DNA from: Squalus acanthias
Lineage: Eukaryota
NCBI GenBank assembly: GCA_030390025.1
Contig: CM059432.1
Location: forward strand, 42,968,001 to 43,032,000
Length of the DNA: 64,000 bases
Reading direction: 5' to 3'
Shown: in pieces, positions 36,969 through 47,512 of the stretch
How positions within the stretch are numbered: the first letter of the stretch is position 1
Layout: every line of letters starts with the position of its first letter
Translations under genes and position numbers: made by a program
The notes under the pieces: generated by a model
What the model saw: the letters and a program-made list of their open reading frames with translations, nothing else
Databases searched by the model: none
What the model was told of the DNA's origin: nothing

Positions 36969-38676
36969 GATGGATCAGTTTCTTGCCCTAGTTCCCTTCT
37001 GTGGTTCGAATTGCAGCTGGTTGTTCCGAATCACCCAAAGCATGGAGACGATACCAAGTTGATTAAATTGACGTAATAAAGACTCACTACGCACTTGAAC
37101 ATAAAGCAAGGCTTTAATCAACTTGTAACAAAACATGGAGGTCTAGTTAGCAGTCACTAGCTTCCTGTTTCCAGATTGTCTCTGCCCAAGGTGGGCCCAT
37201 GCCTGAGTATTTATACTCCCTCGACGGCGCCCCAGCTGGCCGCCCAGTAGTACTTCCTGAGTTGTTACTTGCGATTTATGACACAAGCGTTCTACTCGGA
37301 GCTCCGACATGGCAAGAGAGCCCCAGGTGGGTAGAGGAATCGCTTCAAGGACACCCTCAAAGCCTCCTTGAAAAAGTGCAACATCCCCACCGACTCCTGG
37401 GAATCCTTGGCCCAAGACCGCACAAAGTGGATGAGAAGTGGAAGGCACCGAACACCTCGAGTCTCTTCGCCAGGAGCAAGCGGAAGCCAAGCGCAAACAA
37501 CGGAAGGAGCGCACATCAACCCAAGCACCCCACCCACCCGGCCCCTTCAACCACTGCCTGCCCCACCTGTGACAGAGACTGTAGGTCCCGCATTGGACTC
37601 ATCAGTCCCCTGAGAACTCATTTTTAGTGTGGAAGCAAGTCATCCTCGGTTCCGAGGGACTGCCTAAGAAGAAGAATCTGTTTTTTGGTGTTGGTTGAGG
37701 GTATAATATTGACCAGAACACTGGGTAGGACTCCCCTGCTCTTTTTCGAATAGTGCCATGGGATCTTTTACATTCACCCAAGAGGGCAGACGTCCTTGGT
37801 TTAACGCCTCATCCAAAATACGCTACCTCCGACAGTGCAACACTCCCTCAGTACTGCACCAGAGTCAGTCTACATTTAGTGCTCAGGTCCTTATTGTATC
37901 TATTCAATATATACATTTATATTAAAGCTTCAACATTTTACAGTGATTGTATTACACAAGGAACATGGACACTCAAAGTGCAGCTGTAGAGAAAAAAAAA
38001 TCCGAATTTCCCATTGTCTGGAAAACAGTCTGGTACTGAACTGATGATCTCCTGAGCATTCTACTCATTGCCTAAATTCAAAGGTACTAATGATGATACA
38101 AAAGTCTTTTAACTCTATTTCATAACTAATCCCTTTGCAGGAATTCCACAGTGTATGACATGCAGCATTTCTAAGTCAAGATCAGAATTCCATTTTTTTT
38201 GCAATGCCCACAAAAGTGAAAACTCACAGGAAGCCCACGACCATTAATCAATTTGCTACAAGTTGTGCTCAGAGGAATTTCTACCCCCAAGAAAAGTTTT
38301 CAAACAATACAATTATTATATTTTACTAAGCAGTACAGAAATACAATAGTTTCATAGTACTTAATCAATATGTAATTATTAAGTGTTCGAGATACAGTTT
38401 ATTCTTCATTTCCTCACTCTTTTTCACTCTTCCTTACTTCCCCTTGTTGTTTGTCCTAACAAAAGGAGTCATTCTTCTAGATATGAGGGAACTGATAACA
38501 CGGGGAATGGGTATAGATTGTGCACTGTCACTTATAAACTCAAAATGCGCTGTTGCATTGTTCAGCTTTATTGACCTGGTCTTGTTGCAGAAATGTCTTT
38601 GTATGACGGGATTTCCGTTCGTCTCTTCAACCTTGTTCATCCCCTGCTTAAAAATTTCTCTTCCTTAACCTTTTCC

Positions 38677-38707
38677 AGTTCTGACGAAGGGTTCGATCCG
38701 AAACGTA
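38677..38707 (+). ncRNA. Minimal type I hammerhead ribozyme motif (disrupted; stem I 3' strand displaced to 39554-39557)
   Basis: AGTT-CTGACGA-stem II-GAA-ACGT palindrome-A. Confidence 0.65.
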
Positions 38708-39550
38708 GGGGGAAATTTTGCCAGCCCTGGGGAGGCGGGTATGGAGGTGGGACTGCTGGGATAATGGCAGAAACTGGGAGCCGGTACCAACCCCGCTCCC
38801 AACCCGCCTCGTGGCATCTTCCCAGGAGGCGGGTCCCTGACTCGCGCAGACCCATCTCCTCGAGGCGGGAAGGGGATTACAGCCAATTAACTGCCTGTTA
38901 ACAGGTAGTTAACAGGCAGTTAAGAGGATTATCCCCATTTTACCCACACAAGTGCAGGCTTCCTGATGGCTGCGAACCTCGCCAGGGTCAGCGAGGATAG
39001 CAGTGGGTCTGCGGGGGTGAGAGGGGACGAAAAGTACGCTGTGGCGGTGAGTGATGGGTGCAAGTGTGGAGAGGTAATTATGGGAGGTGAGTGTAAAGTG
39101 TTAGAAAGAGTTTACTTACCTTTGCTTCTTCCTGCAGACTTCAACCTTTGGGGATCCGGAGGTGCCTCATCTCAACGGTAGAGATGACAGAATGGCTGCT
39201 GCATTCTCCGATGCAACAGCCATCTGATTTCTGCTGAGGAAAGAGGTTTGGTGAGTCTTCAGTACAAGGACTCACCAAAGAACAGAGATTGTCAGTGTTT
39301 GACAGCTTCTCAAAGCTGTCAAACGATGACAATTCATCTGTCAAAAATGTTTGACAGATGAAACGTCATACGCTGACGTCCTCTGTCACCGGCTTTCCCT
39401 TAATTGTCTTGCTAAGCCCGCAGGGCGGGCTTAACAAGGTCAATCAAGGGAAAATAACGTGTGTTGGCCAGACGTCGTTGGGGGCGGGACTGAAACCCGA
39501 CAACCAGCAGTCCCGCCCCTAACGCATCCCCATTGATAAAATCCAGCCCA
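38708..39550. mobile_element. Harbinger-type MITE, family A copy 3 (more diverged)
   Basis: Right TIR AAAATCCAGCCC; GTA at both junctions; internal palindromes shared with copies 1 and 2. Confidence 0.85.
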
Positions 39551-42500
39551 GTAGACTCTGTTTCTCTCTCCTCGATGCTGCCTGACCTGCTGGGTGTTTC
39601 TAGCACTTTCTGTTGTTATTTCAGATTTCCAGCATCCGCAGTATTTTGCTATAGTATTAGTCTTTGTATATGGTATGGGCAATAATTACAAATTCTGTAG
39701 GGCTGTTCGTATAAATCCAATGAACATTAAAATGGTTGTTTATAGTTTTCACAGCTGCAAAACATATCCCAGCTATTGGACTAAATGACACTTCTTTTCA
39801 TTGCATCATTAAACCTTTCTGCAGAGCTCCTATAGAAACTCCCAGCAAGCTGTTTGAGTCATGGAAGGTTTTCCATTTTATCAAATGCAACTTTCTAGTT
39901 ACATATGTGAAGCACAGCATACATTTATGCATCAACGCATTTGCTATTTGTATAATGACACACTTTTAGTATTCTATTCCCTGAGATGGAGAACTTTTGT
40001 GTCAAGGCATTTTTGTGTTTACTAATTATGTACAAAACTTAAATGGGGTGAAAATGACATAATTATGCATGCGGAGCTAAATACAAGCTTCCACGAGACT
40101 GGAGACTGCAGAATACAAATCATTAAAGATAACAGAACTCAGCCCTCAAAGAGAAAGGAGACTCAGCTCGCTAAGAAACTTGGAGCTTCTGGTGGCTGCC
40201 ATTTTGTAGCAAAATGCTTAAATGCTTGCAGCTTGTATGCAGTATCCTAAAACCAGCATGTCCTCAAAAACATGGCCATAGGTTACCTAATGAACACATG
40301 CCCTTGGGAAGAAGAGTGAGAGAAAGCAACTAAGAATCTGATGGATTGACCTGTCCTATTTGCATATGCAAAAGATCTACCGCCTGTTTAAGACACGTGC
40401 CCTGGATGCTTATACTTCAGCCTTTACCAATATGGTGGGCGTGCACCATCCATCATATATGATCTTTATGCCTATGAAACGGGCACGGTGTCAACAAAAC
40501 CCTAGGCCATTATGTTAGTTCACTTTTTCTGTGGTAACGTTACTCTCCATTCACCGCCATTTGCAGCGTTACCCAAGATAGTAAAGTACTACTTCCAGTA
40601 ATTACCGCTACTCCACAGTTACAACAGGGTTTTAATATAATTAGTTAAGTTGACTAAAACATCAATTATGGCCAGTTATTAAAGTTTGGATTTCATTTGA
40701 ATATTGAATACTGGGTATCGCCCTGTTTTAGTTTTGTTTGTTAAAAATGTGCTAAGTACCTCCCACTGTCTTACACTGATAACGGCACACAGTTCCATTT
40801 TGCATAAATATTAATTTACTATTAGACATACAATTATAGAGCCTCATTATCCTTTACTATTATGCAAGATCTGATGAAGTTTAAATGTATTTTAATTGTA
40901 TTAAGCGTAATTGAATTTTGCACATTATGCAACATTTATTTGCGAGCTAATTGGCACTAACCAAACTACCTTTCACATGCATAAATTTAGAAAATTAAGA
41001 CCTGGAGAATTTAAAGTAAACCAACTTTTGTCAGAGCATTCCAGAAAGTGATGCATTTTTGGGGTAAGAGGGGAGTTATGAAGAAAATTATCCACGAGAC
41101 CTCTAGCTTTTTTATCATCATGATACGGTAACTAGCTACCCACACTGAAGGAAAAAAAAAACATTGATTTATTTTGCCTCAAATGAGAAAAGATGACCAA
41201 TTCTTGTATTTTATGCTATGTCAGATTTACACAGTGTGACATTCAACTCATGACTACCGGTTTTGCACCTGAAAAAAGGGTGACCATCAATTGAAAATTC
41301 ATTGGGGGTGGGGGAGGGGGCACCTAGGCCACCTCTTTGATACCCAAGGCCCGGCTGTTTTGGGCAGAAAGCTGCATAAATATGCATATCAGGGTTATAC
41401 GCCGGTTATAGAATCCTGATTTAAAAACTCATGTACAAATTGGCGAAGCAAGCTCCACCTAGTTGTACCAGGCGTTGAGCAGCCTATCCTGCGGTCCTTA
41501 AAGGAACTGCTGGAGGCTGCTCGAAAAACGGCCCAGGAAATTTTGAGTTTTTATTTTCTTGGGCCCAGGAGAATTAGGAGTGCTCCTCCTGAGCCCACAA
41601 AAAACCGTGGCTCGTTGCCGGTCCATGCAAGGACCCTCCCCGCGATCGCCCCGACCCCTGACCAATCAGCATAGGAAGCAGATGATTTCTCGCTCTCCTA
41701 CAACCAGCGAGTTGCAGCGGGAGACCCAGTTGTCCCCCGCAGCTTGCTGGCGGCATTTCAATGAGACCAGAAACCGAATTTTGTTTGGGTCTCATGCGGC
41801 ATGAATCAGCTGTTGGAACAAATACTTCGCCGACTTCACACTCGTTTTGGGCAGCTGGCGAATTTCTCGGTCATAATATTGAAAATGCACAGCAGGTCTG
41901 TCAAGTACCTATAAAGAGAAACAAATAGGTTCATATTTTGGGTGGAGACCCTTTACCAGAACTAAGTTAAAGCAGGAACTGTTAAAATCTGTACAGTATA
42001 GCACTGAAAGCAATTATAATTTGACTCTGTGGATGAAACCTTCACAGGGTCACCCTCAGAAGAAAGGGCACATTAACCTCAAAGTTGCAGTTACAACTTT
42101 TTCATCAGTTCAACAGTCGATGAATCCTCTTAGTTCTAACTTTTAATGCCCCCATTCTGTGATCGAGAAGAGGAAGGGCTAATTGTTGGTTATGGTGCCA
42201 GTTTGCTTGGCTCTTTGGACCAGTTTTGTTGGATTATTTTGCTGCAGGCCAACAATGATGTTATGTAACTGAAACAACACGGTGCTTAGTTCCTGCATTA
42301 GTTTCAAATCCTTGAATACCAGGGGTAATTTTCATCACTGGCTGTGTGTGCCATGATTGGATTGAAATTCCAACTCCAGACTCTGTGGTTATTGTGTCAC
42401 TTCCCCTAACAGTGACTCAGTAACAGTATGAGAATGATTGACAATTTCACCAGAAGTGTCCTGTGGGCGTAATTATAATTCGATTGGTCGCTTACCTCTA

Positions 42501-43293
42501 TGTGCAACAGGCCCATGCACCAGAAATAGCATTTTTGATCCGGCTATGATTTATGTTGCTTCTCTTATCACATTCTCACAAACACACATGGACAAGGAAT
42601 TAGCAACAAGTTGAGAGCTACCCACCTGTTTTTGGGCATTTGCATGCATGTCACTGTTGGAGGCTGAGGCCTGACAGCAGCCGCAAATCTCTGTGGGAGA
42701 GACTGTTGCATTTCTACAGTATCTGAATCCCTCTTCTATGGCAGTCACCAGTTGGTTTCCAACATTCTGTATTTTGGAATCCAGTGCCTTACCATCAGCG
42801 ACAACATTCCTGAAATATTATTATAACTGTGTTCACTGCCTGTGTGGTCGTTGCAGATGTCACTGTTGTTGCATCCCAATCTGTGGCAATCTGCAGTTCT
42901 GCGAACACTTGCTGTATGGCAGTGGTCAACTGGTTGGTAGCTGTGGTAATCCTGTGTAAAATTCACACAACAGTTTTTCATTGTCCTGTGAGTACAGGTG
43001 ACGTATTCAGCAGCTCATGCTTATGAAGTATCCTCCTTTTTATTCGTGGCCACGTGAGGTTAGAATCACAGGGCTACACTACAGATCTCATGGTCTTGCA
43101 GAACCTTCACTCAACAACAGCTAGCCCTCCATCGGCCTCTGCTTCTGCTCCTTCCTAAACTGTGGCATATGAATGAGCCTGTATTTTCTCTTCCAGATCA
43201 CCAAAGCCCTTGGGGGTGCCTGTGTTTGAGTTACAAGTACTGTTGGTGAAGCTGAGTGGTGAGATGACAGGTCTCCTCTTCCTTCTTCTCAGT

Positions 43294-43728
43294 TCATAGA
43301 ATCATACAGTGCAGAAGGAGGTCATTCAGCCCATTGTGTCTGTGCCATCTCTTCGAAAGAGCTATCTAATTAGTCTCACTCCCCTGCTCTTTCCCAATAG
43401 CCCTGCAAATTATTCCTTTTCAAGTATATATCCAATTTTCTTTGGAAAGTTATTATTGAATATCATTCCACCACCCATTCAGGTGCATTCTATATCATAC
43501 CAACTCACTGCATTGGCTTTTTGCCAATTATCTTAAATCTGTGTCCTCTAGTTATCGGCCCTCAAAACCCCTCATCATTTTGAACACCTCTATTAAATCT
43601 CCCCTTAACCTTCTCTGCTCTAAGGAGAACAACCCCAGCTTCTCTAGTCTCTCCACATAAGTGAAATCCCTCATTCCTGGTACCATTCTGGTAAATCTCC
43701 TCTGCACCCTCTCCAAGGGCCTTGACAT
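43294..43728 (-). mobile_element. Degraded CR1 3' fragment
   Basis: TCATAGAATCATA tail and CR1 C-terminal coding remnant. Confidence 0.8.
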
Positions 43729-44624
43729 TGGAACCTTTCTGAGGAAACAGAACAGAAGCAGAGTAAAAGCACCACATTAAACTTGACGCAAATGTAGGTC
43801 ATTAGTACAATGAATGTATGAGAATATCCATTCACAAATCAACAATGTTTTTGTCTCCGCAAATGTCAGCAAGCTCCAGGCTGTGAACAGATTCACAGCC
43901 AATAACATCCTCCCAAAAGGGATAAAGATTTTTATACGCTGTTCACCACCTCCAGTTCTTTACCTGTGGCTACAATAAATGCTGATTTAGTCTGTAAAGA
44001 AAAGAATGTATTGAATGAGAAAAGATTTGCTAAGCAATAGTCAAAACAACATTGATATCTGTGTTATTTTAGGCATAGCTAAAAAAAAGAAATGCTGGCA
44101 TTTATGTAGCGCTTTATAACTTCATTGAAACATTTCAAAGCACTTCACACAGTGAATTACTTTTGAAGTGCAAAGACTGTTATATAGATTGAAATGTGAA
44201 GTACCTTCCGAGGGATGGGCAATAAATGCTGGCCTTGCCAGCGACATACACAACTCGTGAATGAATAAAAAAAGATGTTATTCAGAAAAGCTTTGTTTAC
44301 TCAGTTCTATCTGTATTTTGCTAACGACACTCAACAATCTTTCGCATTTGCAACTTTTCCTGTTTCTGCTTTGTGTTTGTTGTAACCTGTGGCGGATCGC
44401 CACCTAAACGGGCGCAATCCACTTTTCCGTCCGTGGACAATAAATCGGGCACCTTGCCTTTAAGGCGCATGCTGCCTTTAAGGCATGAAAAAAGGAGTGG
44501 GCGTGGCCTCAGGGTTTTGCAGAGAAATGTGGTAGCAGCCATTTTGCCAAGGAGATGTATTAAAAAGCCATGTGTTCCACATATTGACTCGGCCTCAATT
44601 CGTGCTTCGCGGCAGCCCCAACAT

Positions 44625-44638
44625 TGGTGACCCCGACG
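44625..44638 (+). promoter_or_regulatory. Primer-binding site complementary to tRNA-Trp
   Basis: TGGTGACCCCGACG one nt after the 5' LTR; matches the avian retrovirus Trp PBS. Confidence 0.9.
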
Positions 44639-44663
44639 CTCAGAACGTATTCCGAGCACTGCA

Positions 44664-45693
44664 ATGGCGGACACGAACGCAGTTTCCGTGAAACTGCCGG
44701 AGTTTTGGGAAAACCAGCCCGAAGCCTGGTTCTTCCAAGCCGAGTCCCGATTCCGGCTGCGACACATCACCACAGATGGGACGAAGTACGACTACCTCGT
44801 CACATCACTCGGTAGCTCCACAGTTACAAAGGTCCGGACAGCGCTGCAGAACCCACCAGAGGATGGCAAGTATGCACATCTTAAGGCCGCGCTCCTTAAA
44901 AAATTTACGGCCTCGACATACCAGCGAAACTGCCACCTCCTCGACCTTCCAGGCCTCGGTGATGCCTCACCGTCAGACCTCCTCTTCCGCACGCGGTTCA
45001 TCCGCCAGCTACCTCTCAGCATCCGCCCAGCGATCGTGGCGTCCGGCCTCACGGACCTGGAAGCCCTGGCTGATGAGGCCGACAAGCTGCTGTCCGCTCA
45101 CTCCAGCCGCAACGTCACTCCGGACCTGGCAGCCACTGCCAGGGCGCGCCCCTCACCGGCCACCACGCGGCCACAAGGCCCAGCCACCAGGCTCACGGGG
45201 CCTTCGCGTCCCACTAACCCGGGCCACTGTTACTACCACGCACGGTTCGGTGCCAGGGCACAACGGTGCACACCTCCCTGCTCTTTCAAGTCCGCCCCCG
45301 TACCAGCCCCCGCGATGGCCGTGGGCCACGCGGGCTCCCTGCTGTACGTCACAGATGACAAAACCGGCCGCCGGTTCCTGTGCGACACTGGAGCTCAGCG
45401 CAGCATCATCCCGGCCTCCGCCGTCGACATCCAAAAGGGCAAACGAGGACCGGCGCTGGCTGCTGCTAACGGCTCAGACATCCGGACATACGGCACCCGC
45501 ACAGTCACCCTCGACCTCGCTGGTCGCCGCTACCGATGGGAGTTCATCACTGCCAAGGTGCTCTCCCCTCTCATCGGCGCAGATTTTCTGTGCGCCCACG
45601 GCCTACTGGTAGACATCCCTCGACACCGCCTCGTGGACATGAACACCATGTCCCCATCCTGGGCACCATGGCCCACCATCAACCTGCCGACAT
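44664..45693 (+). pseudogene. gag: Gag-protease of the CsRn1-like element
   Basis: VKLPEFW..PEAWF, CYYHARFGARAQRCTPPC (CHCC), LCDTGA; frame change near 45650; cut by the CR1. Confidence 0.88.
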
Positions 45694-47512
45694 AAGAACA
45701 TAAGAACATAAGAAATAGGAGCAGGAGTAGGCCAATCGGCCCCTCGAGCCTGCTCCGCCATTCAATAAGATCATGGCTGATCTGATCCTAACCGCCAATC
45801 TACTATCTATCACAGAACCATCTCCTGCATCTAACAGAATTGCACACGAAATAGGAGCAGAATCAGGCTACACAGTCCCTGGGCCCGCTCCACTACCCAC
45901 AGGGCCATGACCGATCCGAACCTAGACTCATGTCCAAATTCCTGCCCGCTCCCCGTAACCCTTAATGCCCTTTACTTCTAGGAAACTGTCTATTTCTGTT
46001 TTAAATTTAATTAATGTTGTAGCTTCTACAGCTTTTTGTGGCAGCATATTCCATGGACCTACCACCCTCTGAGTGAAGTAGTTCCTCCTCATCTCAGTTT
46101 TGAAAGAGCAGCCCCTTATTCTAAGACTATGTCCCCTAGTTCTCGTCTCACCCGTCATCGGGAACATCCTCCCCGCATCCACCCGATCCAACCCCTTCAC
46201 AATCTTATATGTTTCAATAAGATCGCCTCTCATTCTTCTGAACTCCAATGAGTAGAGTCCCAATCTACCCAACCTCTCCTCATATGACCACCCCCTCATC
46301 CCCGGGATTAACCGAATGAACCTTTTTTGCACTGCCTCGAGAGCAAGGATGTCTTTCCTTAAGTAAGGACACCAAAACTGTATGCAGTATTCCAGGTGCG
46401 GTCTCACCAATACCTTGTACAACTGAAGCAATACCTCCCTATTTTTATATTCTATCCCCCTAGCAATGAAAGCCAACATTCCATTTGCCTTCTTAATCAC
46501 TTGCTGCACCTGCATACTAACCTTTTGAGTTTCGTGCACCAGGACCCCCAGATCCCTTTGCACTTCAGTACTCTCCAGTTTCTTGCCATTAAGATAATAA
46601 ATTGCTCTAGGATTTTTCCTGCCAAAGTGCATCACCTCACACTTTCCAGTGTTGTATTCCATCTGCCAAATCTCTGCCCACTTACTTAGCCTGTCTATGT
46701 CCCCTTGCAGGTTTTTTATGTCCTCCTCATTCACTACTTTCCCTCCCATCTTTGTATCATCTGCAAATTTTGATATGTTACACTTGGTCCCTTCCTCCAA
46801 ATCGTTAATATAGATTGTGAAGAGTTGGGGACCCAGCACTGACCCCTGTGGAACACCACTAGTTACTGATTGCCAGTCTGAGAATGAACCATTTATCCCA
46901 ACTCTTTGCTTTCTGTTAGATAGCCAATCCTCTATCCATGCCAGAATATTACCCCCAATTCCGTGATTTTTTACCTTAAGCAATAATCTTTTGTGTGGCA
47001 CCTTGTCAAATGCCTTTTGGAAGTCTAAATACACTACGTCCACTGGTTCCCCTTTATCCACTCTATATGTTACTTCCTCAAAGAACTCCAGCAAATTTGT
47101 CAAACATGACTTCCCCTTCGTAAAACCATGCTGACTTTGTCCTATTAAATTATGATTATCCAAATGTCCTGTTACTGTTTCCTTAATAATGGACTCCAAA
47201 ATTTTACCTACCACAGATGTTAGGCTAACCGGTCTATAGTTACCAGCCTTCTGTCTACTGCCCTTTTTAAATAAGGGTGTTACATTAGCAGTTTTCCAGT
47301 CTGCCGGGACCTTAGCGGAATCCAGGGAGTTTTGAAAAATTATTACCAATGCATCTACAATCCCTACCGCCACTTCCTTCAAGACTCTAGGATGTAAGCC
47401 ATCAGGTCCAGGTGATTTATCCGCCTTGAGTCCCATTATTTTACCGAGTACCACTTCCTTAGTGATTTTGATCGTGTTTAGCTCCTCTCCCCCTATAGCC
47501 CCCTGTTTGTCC
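45694..47512 (-). mobile_element. Very young 5'-truncated CR1 LINE
   Basis: ACAT at both junctions (45690-45693, 47513-47516); (TTCTTATG)n tail. Confidence 0.95.

Larger units (their letters stand above)
32773..37283 (-). mobile_element. Full-length young Ty3/Gypsy LTR retrotransposon
   Basis: 215-bp LTRs at 32773-32987 and 37069-37283 (TG..CA, 2 mismatches); 5-bp TSD CAAGC; polypurine tract at ~32988-32999; gag and pol ORFs. Confidence 0.97.
31797..37674 (+). mobile_element. 5'-truncated RTE-clade LINE hosting a Gypsy element
   Basis: NYRAVSLL, ESQCGFRP, DLTKAFD, GVKQ, FPYLGS peptides; C-terminal CPTC..RTH; (AAG)n tail; perfect 16-bp TSD AATCTGTTTTTTGGTG (31781-31796, 37675-37690); internal RT deletion at ~32305. 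Confidence 0.9.
31620..37890 (-). mobile_element. DeuSINE (31620-31796 plus 37675-37890) split by the RTE/Gypsy insertion
   Basis: The two halves are reverse complements of consecutive parts of the SINE at 26849-28958. Confidence 0.75.
38640..39650 (+). mobile_element. Penelope-associated short repeat with a hammerhead motif, split by a MITE
   Basis: CAGTTCTGACGAAGGG..CCGAAACGTA followed after the MITE by GACTCTGTTTCTCTCTCC..GATGCTGCCTGACCTGCTG. Confidence 0.65.

Noticed and set aside
37041..37056. TGGTATCGTCTCC (minus strand) as a tRNA-iMet PBS
   Set aside because: It starts ~12 nt from the LTR end and diverges from the vertebrate iMet PBS (TGGTAGCAGAGG) after 5 nt; a formal tRNA search is still needed.
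38434..38668. Short ORFs as host exons
   Set aside because: No recognisable domain, and adjacent to or overlapping a repeat.
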